Part shown: positions 1 to 9,832 of the stretch, piece by piece
Layout of the letters: every line of letters begins with the position of its first letter
How positions within the stretch are numbered: the stretch's first letter is position 1
Source of the DNA: an uncultured Candidatus Saccharibacteria bacterium
GTDB taxonomy: Bacteria > Patescibacteriota > WWE3 > UBA101185 > UBA10185
Assembly (NCBI GenBank): GCA_964387275.1
Contig: CAYLVW010000001.1
Coordinates: 291,508-355,507 of the forward strand
Reading direction: 5' to 3'
Length of the DNA: 64,000 nucleotides
The notes under the pieces: generated by a model
What the model was told of the DNA's origin: nothing
What the model saw: only the letters and a program-made list of their open reading frames with translations
Database searches by the model: none
Translations under genes and position numbers: made by a program

Positions 1-783
1 GGATTTATCCAATATATAATTTTGCCAGATTTTTCAACTTTGGATCCCAAACTTGGGTGGGATCCCCATAAATACAGATTAACAGGAACTTTTTTCGATC
101 CAAATTTTGCAGGCGCATTTATTGTTTTGGGGTTACTTGCTTTGCTTTTTAAGATTGACACTAAGAAAAGCCTAAATTTTAATGATTTCTTAATAGGATT
201 TTCATTATTGTCTGCAATACTACTTACTTATTCTCGAAGCGCTTGGCTTATGTTGGCTGCCATCATTTTTATCTTGGGATTTAAATATAAAGAGATATTA
301 GTCTTCTCTTTGTTTATATTTTTTGCAGCTTACTTAGCAGTTCCTAGGATACAGACTAGACTAAGTGGCACAACTGATCCTGCGGATTCTGCACACTTTA
401 GATTAATTTCTTGGAAAAATGCATACAGTATTTATTCTGACAACAAAATGTTCGGTGTGGGTTTTAATGCATATAGGTATGCTCAGAATCAGGAAAAGTT
501 TTTAAATGATACTAACTTTGAGGGTAATTCTGGTGCTGGAGCAGATTCTAGTTTTCTTTTGGTTTTAGCAACAACAGGTGTTATAGGCTTTATCCTTTTT
601 CTGGTGTCCTACTTATTTCCGATTGTGGAGTCACAGGCTGGAATCTATGTATTTGCTTTGTTATTTTCTTTAGCTCTAAATACCCAGTTTATAAATTCTC
701 TATTTTATCCTCAAATCTTATTTTATATGTTTATTTTAATTGAGATTTTTAGTAACCAGTTGAATTTACGTAAGTTATTGTAA
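1..783 (+). CDS. O-antigen ligase (Wzy_C) family membrane protein, 5' truncated by window edge
   Basis: RLTGTFFDPN, LLTYSRSAW and FGVGFN motifs; multiple TM segments. Confidence 0.8.
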   Translation, partial: GFIQYIILPDFSTLDPKLGWDPHKYRLTGTFFDPNFAGAFIVLGLLALLFKIDTKKSLNFNDFLIGFSLLSAILLTYSRSAWLMLAAIIFILGFKYKEILVFSLFIFFAAYLAVPRIQTRLSGTTDPADSAHFRLISWKNAYSIYSDNKMFGVGFNAYRYAQNQEKFLNDTNFEGNSGAGADSSFLLVLATTGVIGFILFLVSYLFPIVESQAGIYVFALLFSLALNTQFINSLFYPQILFYMFILIEIFSNQLNLRKLL

Positions 784-1489
784 TTTTATCATCTTTTGTG
801 TTTCCTGCTTCATCAGTTGCTAATAATTTAATTTCTGACGTACCTTCTTTTACTCCCAATAAGAATTCAAAAGTAAGGTCTGGTTTTATTACAACTAATC
901 TATCATCAATCTTAAGCGAGCCTTTTTCAGAAAGCTTACCTTTAATTGTTATTCTCTTATCAAGATTTTTGATGATGGATTTGTCTTTTGGTGAGTCTAT
1001 TGTTATTTCCGGTTTTTGTGTATCTACCTCTATATAGATACTTTTTGAGTTTTCACTTTCATTTCCTGCTTCATCAGAGGCTTTTGCAAAAATAGTATTT
1101 TTCCCATTTATTAGTGGTAAATCAAATAAATTAAATTGACCTGTAGTATCTGTAACAGTGGTTTGTACTTCGGGGCCATTTACAAAAATTTTAATCTTAG
1201 AGGCAGGCTCAGCGTAGCCCTTAACAGACGCAGTGCTTTCTTTGGTTTTAGTAGGGAACTCATAGATAATTGGCGGTTGGGGTGGAGTAGTGTCTTTTGT
1301 ACTTACATATCTACTGGAAGATAGAAATCCAAATAATGTACCAATTTGCGGTCCAAAAAATACAACTGCTACAATAAGAAATACAACTATTCCTACCATG
1401 ATAAGTATTGTAGTTGCTAGTCTTTGTTGTAGTTGTGTCTCAGAGAACTCATGAATTTTTAGATTTGGCTTTTGCCTTATTTGTGGCAT
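749..1489 (-). CDS. Membrane-anchored protein with two bacterial Ig-like domains
   Basis: N-terminal TM; two DxAGN-ended beta-sandwich repeats; ATG at 1489 lies 8 nt after TAAAAT. Confidence 0.75.
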   Translation of the reverse strand: MPQIRQKPNLKIHEFSETQLQQRLATTILIMVGIVVFLIVAVVFFGPQIGTLFGFLSSSRYVSTKDTTPPQPPIIYEFPTKTKESTASVKGYAEPASKIKIFVNGPEVQTTVTDTTGQFNLFDLPLINGKNTIFAKASDEAGNESENSKSIYIEVDTQKPEITIDSPKDKSIIKNLDKRITIKGKLSEKGSLKIDDRLVVIKPDLTFEFLLGVKEGTSEIKLLATDEAGNTKDDKITITYVNSTGY

Positions 1490-1639
1490 ATAGTTTGATT
1501 TTATCACTTTTACAATTTTCTAGCATAGATTAAAGTCACCCATTTTGTATATACGGCAATCAGAGCAAAAATTTGTCACAAATTATAGAGAAATAGTAAA
1601 CTTTGTGCTTTCTACTGAGGGTGTTTCACAAAAATTTTT

Positions 1640-1715
1640 TGGAGCCGATAGTCGGAATCGAACCGACGACCCACCCCTTACGAAGGGGTTGCTCTACCAA
1701 CTGAGCTATATCGGC
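1640..1715 (-). tRNA. tRNA-Thr(CGT)
   Basis: Reverse complement GCCGATATAGCTCAGTTGGTAGAGC...TTCGTAA...GGTTCGATTCCGACTATCGGCTCCA; cloverleaf with encoded CCA. Confidence 0.97.
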
Positions 1716-2116
1716 GTAGGAGCACTTATATCATAGCTTCAAAATACTGGTTATTGTAGCTCAAATTATTAAGTAAACCGAAAGAACATACAACCGTAGA
1801 TTTTGCTCCGTAGGGCTTCATTATCTTAGTTTCTGACCCTCTTTGCAACAGATTAAGCTACTATTACTAGAACTAAGTGATTTTGCTGTTGCAACAAAGC
1901 TAGCTAGACATATACCCTATAGTATGGTAAAATTGCTTGTTCTTGGATATTTCCAAGCGAACCTTAAAATACAAACCAACCTGCAAATTTTAGCACCTGT
2001 CCCACAGGAATTTAAATATATTTTTTGAGTTTCTGTTGGGCATGTGCTGAATTGTGTGCACAAGCATCAAAACTTAGGTGAAATACCTTGCAATAGGGCT
2101 TTCACATGGAGTTGTC

Positions 2117-3088
2117 ATGAAAAAGGTAGTCGTTTTTATCGGTAGTTTACTATTGGGTTTGGCTATGTTTATTTTTATTAGTATTCCCCAAGCTACGCCG
2201 AATTGTCTAGCGCTAAGTGTTGAGGAAGCTTCTGCTCAAGGTATTTTGTGTGAGGAGTCTCCGACTCCCCAAAACACTAATACCCCTGAGGATACAGCGA
2301 CCGCTGTTCCTACTGAGACACCTAACCCTACGGCTACAGCAAGTCCGTTGCCTAGCGCAACGAGTACTACTGAGCCAACAGTAACTAAGGAGTCTACAAC
2401 TACCCCTACGTTTACGAAATCACCAACCCCAGTAACTCCTACGGAAACTAGAGTTGTGATTTCTACTATTGAGGCGACACGTACCTCTACCCCAACTACA
2501 ACCCCCACACCTGTTGTGGTGGTTACACCTACCCCAACCCCCGTGGTCACGACTCAGACTCCAACGCCTGAGCCCACCCCTACTAGTCCTCCTGCTGAGG
2601 AGACACCTGTCCCAACTCCTACTGAGGAGGTTAAGATTCCGGTGACTCTTCCAGAAACGGGAGCTAGTGCTCAAATCAATGAGCCTAACGAAGATTGGGA
2701 AGTAATTGGTTCCATTACCATTTATTCAGGGGATAAGGTTTATCTGGTAGACGACATCTACAAAGCTCGCTTTACTTTGGGCTACGTCGATGGAATCTAT
2801 TCGGCTATTCCTCAGGTGCCCTCTGATGGCTTTGCCTACGATGGCAATGGCCACATTTATGGTCACCTAATCACTAAGAGTCGTTTCTTGAACCCTAAAG
2901 TCGGCTACACCGTTATCTTTATCCTGTACGGCGCAAGCCATACAATGGTTATTGATAACGTAGCTAAGACTGCCGGGTTTAATGGTTCTATGGAACCTAA
3001 CTCTCCTAATAATTTTGAGCTTGTGACGTGCTGGTGGGATGATGTTGCTGATGATTTTGGCGGTAACATTTTCTACCGGTTGAAGTAG
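2117..3088 (+). CDS. Surface protein: signal/TM, Pro/Thr stalk, LPETG motif, C-terminal class F-like sortase domain
   Basis: GNGHIYGH, F-x-N-x-KVG and ELVTC motifs of the sortase fold; LPETG precedes the domain; GGAG SD before ATG 2117. Confidence 0.7.
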   Translation: MKKVVVFIGSLLLGLAMFIFISIPQATPNCLALSVEEASAQGILCEESPTPQNTNTPEDTATAVPTETPNPTATASPLPSATSTTEPTVTKESTTTPTFTKSPTPVTPTETRVVISTIEATRTSTPTTTPTPVVVVTPTPTPVVTTQTPTPEPTPTSPPAEETPVPTPTEEVKIPVTLPETGASAQINEPNEDWEVIGSITIYSGDKVYLVDDIYKARFTLGYVDGIYSAIPQVPSDGFAYDGNGHIYGHLITKSRFLNPKVGYTVIFILYGASHTMVIDNVAKTAGFNGSMEPNSPNNFELVTCWWDDVADDFGGNIFYRLK

Positions 3089-3132
3089 GTTGGTGGAGCA
3101 CAAGATCAAGTGCTCTAATTAAGGTGGGAAGT

Positions 3133-3205
3133 GGAGACAGTGCTAAAGAGAGTAGAATAGTAAACCTTTTAAGGTGAACATTCTATACACTCTTTCACTG
3201 TCTCC
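3133..3205 (+). other. Long interrupted hairpin downstream of the sortase gene
   Basis: GGAGACAGTG...CACTGTCTCC closing stem with inner AAAGAG/CTCTTT, TAGAAT/ATTCTA and ACCTT/AAGGT stems. Confidence 0.7.
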
Positions 3206-3414
3206 CTAACTAGTCTTTTAGTAATAACTAAAACTGAAGAGCTTAGCAGAAATGCTAAAAGCGAAACTAGTTTGATTATAAAACCGTTAATGTTAACAGA
3301 AATTAGCGAATTTCCGTACAAGCTTGTAGTTACTTATTACAGCAGAGGCGTAACTTTGGAATATTAACTAAAAAAAGATAATGTTATTATACCTATGTGC
3401 AGGGTGTTGTGGGT

Positions 3415-3915
3415 CTAAAATATAGTATCTTTTTTATTATCTATTGAAAACTTGAGTGTAAGGAAACTTGCCACGCCTGTAAGAACAACAGATAGGATTT
3501 TTGATATTTCGGCTAATATATCTGTATAAAAGAGTAAATTAAGTTTTTCTAAAATATAGTTCCAATCATGAATTACATTTTCTCCTCCAAATAGCTGCAG
3601 CTTCATATCTAATGCATCACCCATATAGATAGAAATATTCATTATGTTTTGAGCTAGCCAGAAAAGCAGAACTGAGCCTGAAAAAAAGTCTTTTCTTAAG
3701 AAGAAATAGCCAGCAAACAAGCTAGGTATAGCTATTTGAAATAGTGTCCCACCAAGTACACTTATAAATTCTCCTAACGGTGTCGTGAGTAGATGGCCCG
3801 CCTCGTGTACCAGGAAATTTATGCTGTTAAGCAATAAGAATTGCTCTGGAAATATTAAATAGTAAGAAAAAATAATAGTTAATAAGATAGATATCGCTGT
3901 TTTTATATATTTCAC
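3415..3915 (-). CDS. Membrane metallopeptidase-like protein (M50B-like)
   Basis: HEAGH motif, HDW motif, several TM helices. Confidence 0.65.
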   Translation of the reverse strand: MKYIKTAISILLTIIFSYYLIFPEQFLLLNSINFLVHEAGHLLTTPLGEFISVLGGTLFQIAIPSLFAGYFFLRKDFFSGSVLLFWLAQNIMNISIYMGDALDMKLQLFGGENVIHDWNYILEKLNLLFYTDILAEISKILSVVLTGVASFLTLKFSIDNKKDTIF

Positions 3916-4041
3916 ATAAATATTCTACCAATATCTGTGTTAATTTTAGTAATTAAAGGATTGTATTTGTAAAATCTTGGAAACTCTACATTACTTTGTT
4001 AGTGTGTACAGTATGTATAATTGTTTGTAGGAGGTATGCAC

Positions 4042-4248
4042 ATGTTTAATGTAAATGAAGGGAAAACAGATAGGTTAGTTAGAATAGTTTTGGGCGTTGT
4101 TGCATTATATTTTAGTTACTTTGTTTTTACAGATATTTTGCAATTGATTTCCTACATAGTTGCTTTTGCCGCATTGATTACCGGGCTGACCGGGTTTTGT
4201 GGTTTATACAAATTGCTTGGAATAAATACCTGTCCTATCAAGAAATAG
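4042..4248 (+). CDS. DUF2892 (YgaP-like) small membrane protein
   Basis: N-x-G-x-x-DR-x-x-R and TGFCGLYKLLGINTC motifs; AGGAGGT SD. Confidence 0.88.
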   Translation: MFNVNEGKTDRLVRIVLGVVALYFSYFVFTDILQLISYIVAFAALITGLTGFCGLYKLLGINTCPIKK

Positions 4249-4311
4249 GCTAAAAACTTACAAATAACTATTTGCAGTGATATAATCTGGCCATCTTGAG
4301 AGGGAGGACAC

Positions 4312-4698
4312 ATGAACATACTTGTTGGGAAATTTAAGGATGTTTTTGATGTTGCTAAGATTTTGAGGAGACATAGGGGGTGGATGCTCCTAGCTATGCC
4401 TCCGTTTCCTTTATATCCTCATTATAGAAAGCCTGATGTTTTAACTAGAGATGGTTATCACAATTCTTATAAATCTATTTTATACTGGCATGAAGATAGT
4501 ATTGCAAATAAGATCTTGGAGGCAGCTCAAACTCAAAACTTAGGCCGTGAGGTTATTAGGCGATACAGTGTTTACTCAACTTCATCTACATTATCCTCAG
4601 ACGACTTGCTAAAAAAACTTGCTTCCGGGTTGGAAGTAATTACTGTTATAGAAGAGGACTATGGCCAGAAACTCACGAAAGTAACTTTTGTCTATTAG
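4312..4698 (+). CDS. Hypothetical protein (ORFan)
   Basis: TATAAT at 4281, GGGAGG SD, downstream terminator. Confidence 0.7.
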   Translation: MNILVGKFKDVFDVAKILRRHRGWMLLAMPPFPLYPHYRKPDVLTRDGYHNSYKSILYWHEDSIANKILEAAQTQNLGREVIRRYSVYSTSSTLSSDDLLKKLASGLEVITVIEEDYGQKLTKVTFVY

Positions 4699-4717
4699 TA
4701 TAGTTTTGTAGCTATAT

Positions 4718-4758
4718 AGCTGCTTTTTTGGAATTCTTAACCAAAAAGCAGCTTTTTT
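4718..4758 (+). terminator. Intrinsic terminator
   Basis: AGCTGCTTTTTTGG / CCAAAAAGCAGCT stem followed by T-run. Confidence 0.75.
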
Positions 4759-4903
4759 AGTTATAGCTTTTATTGTTACCACAGCTATATCTCCTCAGAA
4801 ATTCTATGTTAGTTTAGGTTACACCACATGGATATCAATATAAATTGACAGATATCGATGTATTCTGTTCTAATTATAGAAGTGTTTATTTTGAAAGACT
4901 CGC

Positions 4904-7165
4904 ATGAAAAATAAAAACGGTTTCGTTGATCCGCATTTAATGCTTATAGTTCTTATAGTTATGGCAGTTGTTGGTGTCGGCACAGTTGCTTATAACAAAG
5001 TTAATCCAGCAAATTTTAGTTTTTTAGGGGCATCATCTGGAACGTTGACTTACTCTGCAACTAAAACCAATTCAATCGGTGAGGAAGATGGGAATGCTTT
5101 TAATGTTATTCCTGTAGGTTCTCAAGGGTGGCTTGGTAATGGGGGCGGTACAGGTTATTTAGGTATAAGGTTTACAGGCGATAAATTGCCAAGTGGTGCA
5201 AAGATTAAGAACGCTAAGGTTTCTTTTACTTCCCCTAGTGATCAATGGATCCAACTAGATCTTGATATTAGAGGAGACGACGTCACAACTTCTGACCCTT
5301 TTTCCGACTCAAGAAGACCCTCTCAAAGACTTATGACTGATGCAGTAACTAAAGTATCAGAGAATGTAAAGTGGTCTAAAGGGAAAACATACAGCTATGA
5401 TGTAACAGATATTGTTAAAGAAGTTTTTAGTCAAAATTCTGAAGTAAGTACTGTCTCATTAATTGCTAAAGGTACAGGCAGTAACTGGTCGAGAAAGCAA
5501 ATTTCAAACACAAAAAATTCACCTAAACTTACAATTACATATGAACTTCCCAGTATGCCTACTCCAAGTGTGACATCTACACCTACACCAGTTCCCACAG
5601 TGACACCTGATCCTGTGCCAAGCGTAACACCAACTCCAACACCCACACCAAGTGCAACACCTACCCCAACACCTACGCATTCGCCAAGCATAACACCAAC
5701 ACCCGTACCAACAGTAACTTCTACTCCAACTCCTTTACCTACTCAAATTGGAGGTGTGTTTAATCCTGCAGCTGCTATAGCAGCTACATCCTACGGTATC
5801 TGGGATCCAGCTAATCCTCTATATCAAGGATCAGGCGATAAGATATACCCAATTTGTAGCAAGATAGCTCACGACAGCTATTTTGTTGTAGGCCCAGATG
5901 GTAAGAAATACCCAACTTGGCACCCGCCTATTGTAACGGATCCAACTACTGGTAAGCTTTGTTCTTTTGGGCATGAACATGGAAGAGATCCTTCAAAGTC
6001 CCTACTTTGGCAACAAGTTAAAGAATATTTCTACTACGATGCTAATAACAACGGAAGAATGGATGCGAATGAGGAAGCAGTGGCTGGATTACCTTTTGGT
6101 TATACCAATGAGCAATTTTCTGCTTATCATTCATCAAATCATAGTACAACTATGAGACACGAAGATCATGTTGGTCATAAAGTAGATTTTGCTAACGGTG
6201 AGGGTGAGATCGCTACACACCAGGAAAACAGCAGTACAACTAATGGTGTAAGAGTGGGAAGACTTGGCAACGGAGTTATGTCTAAATATACCGGTGTTAG
6301 GTGTTACTACCTTGCAAAACCTCACCAAGGTGTAAGTTCTGCAGATGCATTTACAAATAACGTGCACGAAGTTTTCTATTTTGCTAACTGTTGGGCAGAC
6401 AATTCGTCGTATAACCAGAAAATAAGTGTAGCTGTAATGATGCCGTTTGGGAAACCAGGGGGGTTTAATAAGTTTATGCCTCTGTGCGGAATTGAGAGAC
6501 GAGAAGATCCACAAGATTTTGTAAATATTGGAACTAATGCAATGAATGCTAACTACTTATCTGGTCCTGGGAACAGGGAGATAGTAAGCAGAGACTGTGT
6601 AGAGAGAGGAATCCTAGTTCCACAAGGACAGTTCTCTGGTAACTTTTATGAAGCTTGGCCTGCTTCTCTTCAAATTACTCGTTCTAACGGAACAAGTATT
6701 GCGTCTGGTATAAACCTTTTGTTTGATGTAGAAGACGCAAATAGATACTATGATCCGTCTAAGCCAAATAACTTGGGATATACAATGGATTTATGTTATG
6801 AAGAAATATCTGGCGGTAGAAGAGTTAGAGGTGGTGCTTGCGAATGGGCAACTAATTATAATACAGGTCCCTCGGTGCCTACTTCACAAAGAATAGCTTG
6901 GAACAGTCCAAGGTCAGGGTTTAAAGGTATTCATAGAGGAATGTACTTCATGCCTGCTGTAATTTCTAATGCAGGTGGCCCTGAGTATTGGTACTCAGAT
7001 CCTTATGGAAGAAATGCATCTGCTACACCATTTCCAGGCTCCATCAAGCAACAGATTAGTTCCAAGAATCTAAACTACTCCACTTTGATTAACGATTCCA
7101 TTGACCCTAGAGTTAATGATAGGATTCATGACGATGGAAACGGTTCTGTCTATGCTCCAAACTAG
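4904..7165 (+). CDS. Surface protein: pilin-like leader, DNRLRE-like beta domain, Pro/Thr stalk, His/Cys-rich C-terminal domain
   Basis: KNGF followed by hydrophobic helix; PT repeats; TWHP, GHEHG and HEDHVGH motifs. Confidence 0.75.
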   Translation: MKNKNGFVDPHLMLIVLIVMAVVGVGTVAYNKVNPANFSFLGASSGTLTYSATKTNSIGEEDGNAFNVIPVGSQGWLGNGGGTGYLGIRFTGDKLPSGAKIKNAKVSFTSPSDQWIQLDLDIRGDDVTTSDPFSDSRRPSQRLMTDAVTKVSENVKWSKGKTYSYDVTDIVKEVFSQNSEVSTVSLIAKGTGSNWSRKQISNTKNSPKLTITYELPSMPTPSVTSTPTPVPTVTPDPVPSVTPTPTPTPSATPTPTPTHSPSITPTPVPTVTSTPTPLPTQIGGVFNPAAAIAATSYGIWDPANPLYQGSGDKIYPICSKIAHDSYFVVGPDGKKYPTWHPPIVTDPTTGKLCSFGHEHGRDPSKSLLWQQVKEYFYYDANNNGRMDANEEAVAGLPFGYTNEQFSAYHSSNHSTTMRHEDHVGHKVDFANGEGEIATHQENSSTTNGVRVGRLGNGVMSKYTGVRCYYLAKPHQGVSSADAFTNNVHEVFYFANCWADNSSYNQKISVAVMMPFGKPGGFNKFMPLCGIERREDPQDFVNIGTNAMNANYLSGPGNREIVSRDCVERGILVPQGQFSGNFYEAWPASLQITRSNGTSIASGINLLFDVEDANRYYDPSKPNNLGYTMDLCYEEISGGRRVRGGACEWATNYNTGPSVPTSQRIAWNSPRSGFKGIHRGMYFMPAVISNAGGPEYWYSDPYGRNASATPFPGSIKQQISSKNLNYSTLINDSIDPRVNDRIHDDGNGSVYAPN

Positions 7166-7182
7166 TATTTAGGAGTTTTTTG

Positions 7183-7222
7183 AAGAAGCCCGCATACTGA
7201 AAGCATGCGGGCTTCTTGTTTT
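7183..7222 (+). terminator. Intrinsic terminator
   Basis: AAGAAGCCCGCAT / ATGCGGGCTTCTT stem followed by GTTTT. Confidence 0.8.
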
Positions 7223-7360
7223 CTACGTCAAGATCAGCTATATACAACTTAGTTAAATAAAAACTTTTCAATAAAAATAAAAGACCACTTTTGAAACGTG
7301 GCCTTTCATTCTAAATTAACAAAACCCCATAACGAAGTTTTTACTAATTTATAAGTTAAA

Positions 7361-7744
7361 TTATTGATTTTGAACTTCGACCTGGAAACCTCCGTAGGCC
7401 ATTTTCTTCATATCAAACGGCATTTCCATATTAACTTCACTATTTTCTTGTTTTGACATTTCTTCCATTACTTTTGCGTTAACCTCATCCCTGTGTTCTT
7501 TGGATTTAAATACTATAAAAGAAAACCAAACTGTTTCATCTTTACCGGCTCCGGCCATTTCTGGAAAAGCTCGTGTTTTTTCCGATCCCATTTCTTGTTG
7601 TTTGTAATCATCTCCACGACATTCGTAGTAATCCAATGCGCCGTGTTTCATCCATAGTTCTCTACCTCCTTCGGCCATTTTTATATATTCTTCAGTTTTG
7701 TCATTTGGTATAACTAAAACAAAACCATCTACATATTTTGACAT
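7361..7744 (-). CDS. DUF1428 family protein
   Basis: YVDGFVL, W-x-x-HGALDY-x-EC and MPFDMKKMAYGGF motifs. Confidence 0.92.
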   Translation of the reverse strand: MSKYVDGFVLVIPNDKTEEYIKMAEGGRELWMKHGALDYYECRGDDYKQQEMGSEKTRAFPEMAGAGKDETVWFSFIVFKSKEHRDEVNAKVMEEMSKQENSEVNMEMPFDMKKMAYGGFQVEVQNQ

Positions 7745-7887
7745 TAAATTTCTCCTAAATTTATACTGTATTTATTTTACTAAAGATATGTTTAGTAAGG
7801 AATACAGCATTTATTGTAGGTACAATTAAAAGTCTATCCACAAAGTTTCAAAATTTCTTTAAATAAGCTTTCCTATTTTGTGTTAGA

Positions 7888-8592
7888 ATGAGCTTCATGA
7901 TTTCAGAAGTAACACATCAATCAATAAGCTATATAAATAGTCTATCTAGTAGTATTCCACTGCCGGTTTTTGCGTTTTTAGGATCAATTATTGAGGAAAT
8001 AATTGCGCCAATTCCGTCACCATTGATAATGACCTTAGCGGGTACCATGGCTGCCTCTTTAGGTAAAACCTGGCCTTACTTAGTGCTACTGTCTCTTACT
8101 GGAGCTGTAGGTAAAACTATAGCAAGTTACTTCATCTATCTTGTAGCTGATAAATTTGAAGACGTTGTTCTAGTAAAATTTGGCAAATTTATTGGATTAA
8201 CCCATGCTCAGGTAGAAGGAATAGGGCAGCATCTAAACAAAGGGATAAGAGATGATATAGTCTTAACACTGCTAAGGGCGCTACCAATAATACCGTCCGC
8301 TCCTATTTCAGCTATTTGTGGTCTTATAAAACTAAACTTAAGAACATACTTAACCTCAACACTTATAGGTACTTTCATTAGAAATTTTGTATATCTAATA
8401 GCAGGTTATACAGGGTTAAACGCAGCTGAAGAATTTATTGTTAGTATGGAGAGTCTGGAAGTTGTTGTTTATCTATTCGTTGCAATAATAACAATCGCTT
8501 CAATTTCTTATTTTTATTACCAAAAGCATAAAGATGCTATCCTACACAAGTTTTTTAATAACAATCAATCAGATAGTAAAACTAACTTGTAG
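7888..8592 (+). CDS. DedA/VTT (SNARE-associated) membrane protein
   Basis: EEIIAPIPS and LRALPIIP motifs; TM helices. Confidence 0.85.
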   Translation: MSFMISEVTHQSISYINSLSSSIPLPVFAFLGSIIEEIIAPIPSPLIMTLAGTMAASLGKTWPYLVLLSLTGAVGKTIASYFIYLVADKFEDVVLVKFGKFIGLTHAQVEGIGQHLNKGIRDDIVLTLLRALPIIPSAPISAICGLIKLNLRTYLTSTLIGTFIRNFVYLIAGYTGLNAAEEFIVSMESLEVVVYLFVAIITIASISYFYYQKHKDAILHKFFNNNQSDSKTNL

Positions 8593-8755
8593 ATGTGCTA
8601 CTCGAAAATTCAAAGCAGTACCGAACATATAATCTAATGATGGGTCTTTTAGCCACGAAAAAAGAAATTTACCTAGAATCGCAAAACTATTCCAGCATTT
8701 TATAACTTTTTACAGGAAGATGATATCAAATAGCCACAAGTTCTCTGGAGTGGTT

Positions 8756-8812
8756 GGAACTTTAAACTTCTGGTCAAGGCGACGAGTCTATCGGAATTTC
8801 AAACATCTGGAG
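8756..8812. repeat. 57-bp imperfect direct repeat, copy A
   Basis: GGAACTTTAAAC-N23-TCGGAATTTCAAACATCTGGAG; partner at 9432-9488. Confidence 0.7.
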
Positions 8813-8834
8813 CTCCTCTTGAGTCCGGAAACTC

Positions 8835-9323
8835 TTAGATTAAATTCCATTCTGCCAAACTGTATCTAGGGTCTTCCTCGGCTATTTTTATCTGTTTAAC
8901 TATTTCTTGTATATCATTAGCATTTAGTGGTATAAAACCATCATAAAAACCAGTAGATCTATCCGGTAAATATACAGATTCGGGGAATGGTTGTTTTTTA
9001 GCGTGTAATACACGACCCATTATATGGTAATGCAAAAAAGGTGCTTTGTTTTCTTTATATGACCAATTTCCCATATCCTGATAATTTATTTTAATTACAG
9101 GAATGCCTAAATTATTCATAGCTAACTCTAAAGCCTCTCCTACAATCGTAGAAATTCGCATAAATTCGATTGCTACTTTTGGACTAAGTTTTGTTCTATC
9201 TGTAATTGAATGATCTTTAGTACTTATTCTCAGATGACCACCTTCTTCTCTTGATACAAAAGGTTTTTCATGTGTTTCTACTATAAAGTTTGGTGTTTCA
9301 TATATTATTGCCATGTTTTTCAT
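8835..9323 (-). CDS. HIT-like family protein
   Basis: LHYHIMGR (variant HxHxH motif), IIYET N-terminus. Confidence 0.75.
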   Translation of the reverse strand: MKNMAIIYETPNFIVETHEKPFVSREEGGHLRISTKDHSITDRTKLSPKVAIEFMRISTIVGEALELAMNNLGIPVIKINYQDMGNWSYKENKAPFLHYHIMGRVLHAKKQPFPESVYLPDRSTGFYDGFIPLNANDIQEIVKQIKIAEEDPRYSLAEWNLI

Positions 9324-9431
9324 TTTACCACTAGAAATAGCTATTGATTACATCATTTAATTGCGTCACTACTGTGTTTATGAGTTGAACTTTAATGAAT
9401 ATAAAGATTAAATAATCCGAACGGGTCACTC

Positions 9432-9488
9432 GGAACTTTGAACAAAAGCCTAGGGAGACGGAACGGTCGGAACTTCAAACATCTGGAG
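9432..9488. repeat. 57-bp imperfect direct repeat, copy B
   Basis: GGAACTTTGAAC-N23-TCGGAACTTCAAACATCTGGAG. Confidence 0.7.
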
Positions 9489-9553
9489 GCAAATCGTCGC
9501 TTTGCTCCTATTGCACTCAAAGTACTAAAGCTCTCTTTGTTCACTAAGTACTT

Positions 9554-9628
9554 TGGAGCGGGTGACGAGATTCGAACTCGCGGTCTTCTCCTTGGGAAGG
9601 AGACGCTTTACCACTAAGCCACACCCGC
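9554..9628 (-). tRNA. tRNA-Gly(CCC)
   Basis: Reverse complement GCGGGTGTGGCTTAGTGGTAAAGC...TTCCCAA...GTTCGAATCTCGTCACCCGCTCCA. Confidence 0.96.
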
Positions 9629-9801
9629 AGATAAAAATAATTGTAACTTGAGCAACTACTAATAATTTTTTACGTACTAATTTTGTCAGTAGGCCAAGTA
9701 TTAAGGAGTATACCAAACCTTGTCTAAAATTCCGATCCTGATTTATAACTCAGTAATTTATCAGAAAAATGTAGTTTGATTTAGTAGGTAGGATTTTGCA
9801 C

Positions 9802-9832
9802 AAAAAAAGCCGGGATTTCTCCCGGCTTTTTT
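9802..9832. terminator. Bidirectional intrinsic terminator
   Basis: AAAAAAAGCCGGGA-TTTC-TCCCGGCTTTTTT. Confidence 0.85.

Noticed and set aside
1545-1736. Short ORFs overlapping tRNAs (also 9525-9716, 10630-10824)
   Set aside because: Explained by the tRNA genes; no coding signals.
2236-2674. Antisense Val/Gly-rich ORFs (also 5431-5691, 34268-34792, 37459-38127)
   Set aside because: They are mirror images of Pro/Thr linker codons on the coding strand.
8756-9488. Two-box repeats as a mini-CRISPR, integron attC or dif sites
   Set aside because: Only two short boxes per copy, no attC-type RYYYAAC/GTTRRRY pairing, and no XerD-arm TTATGTTAAA; kept only as an unexplained repeat.
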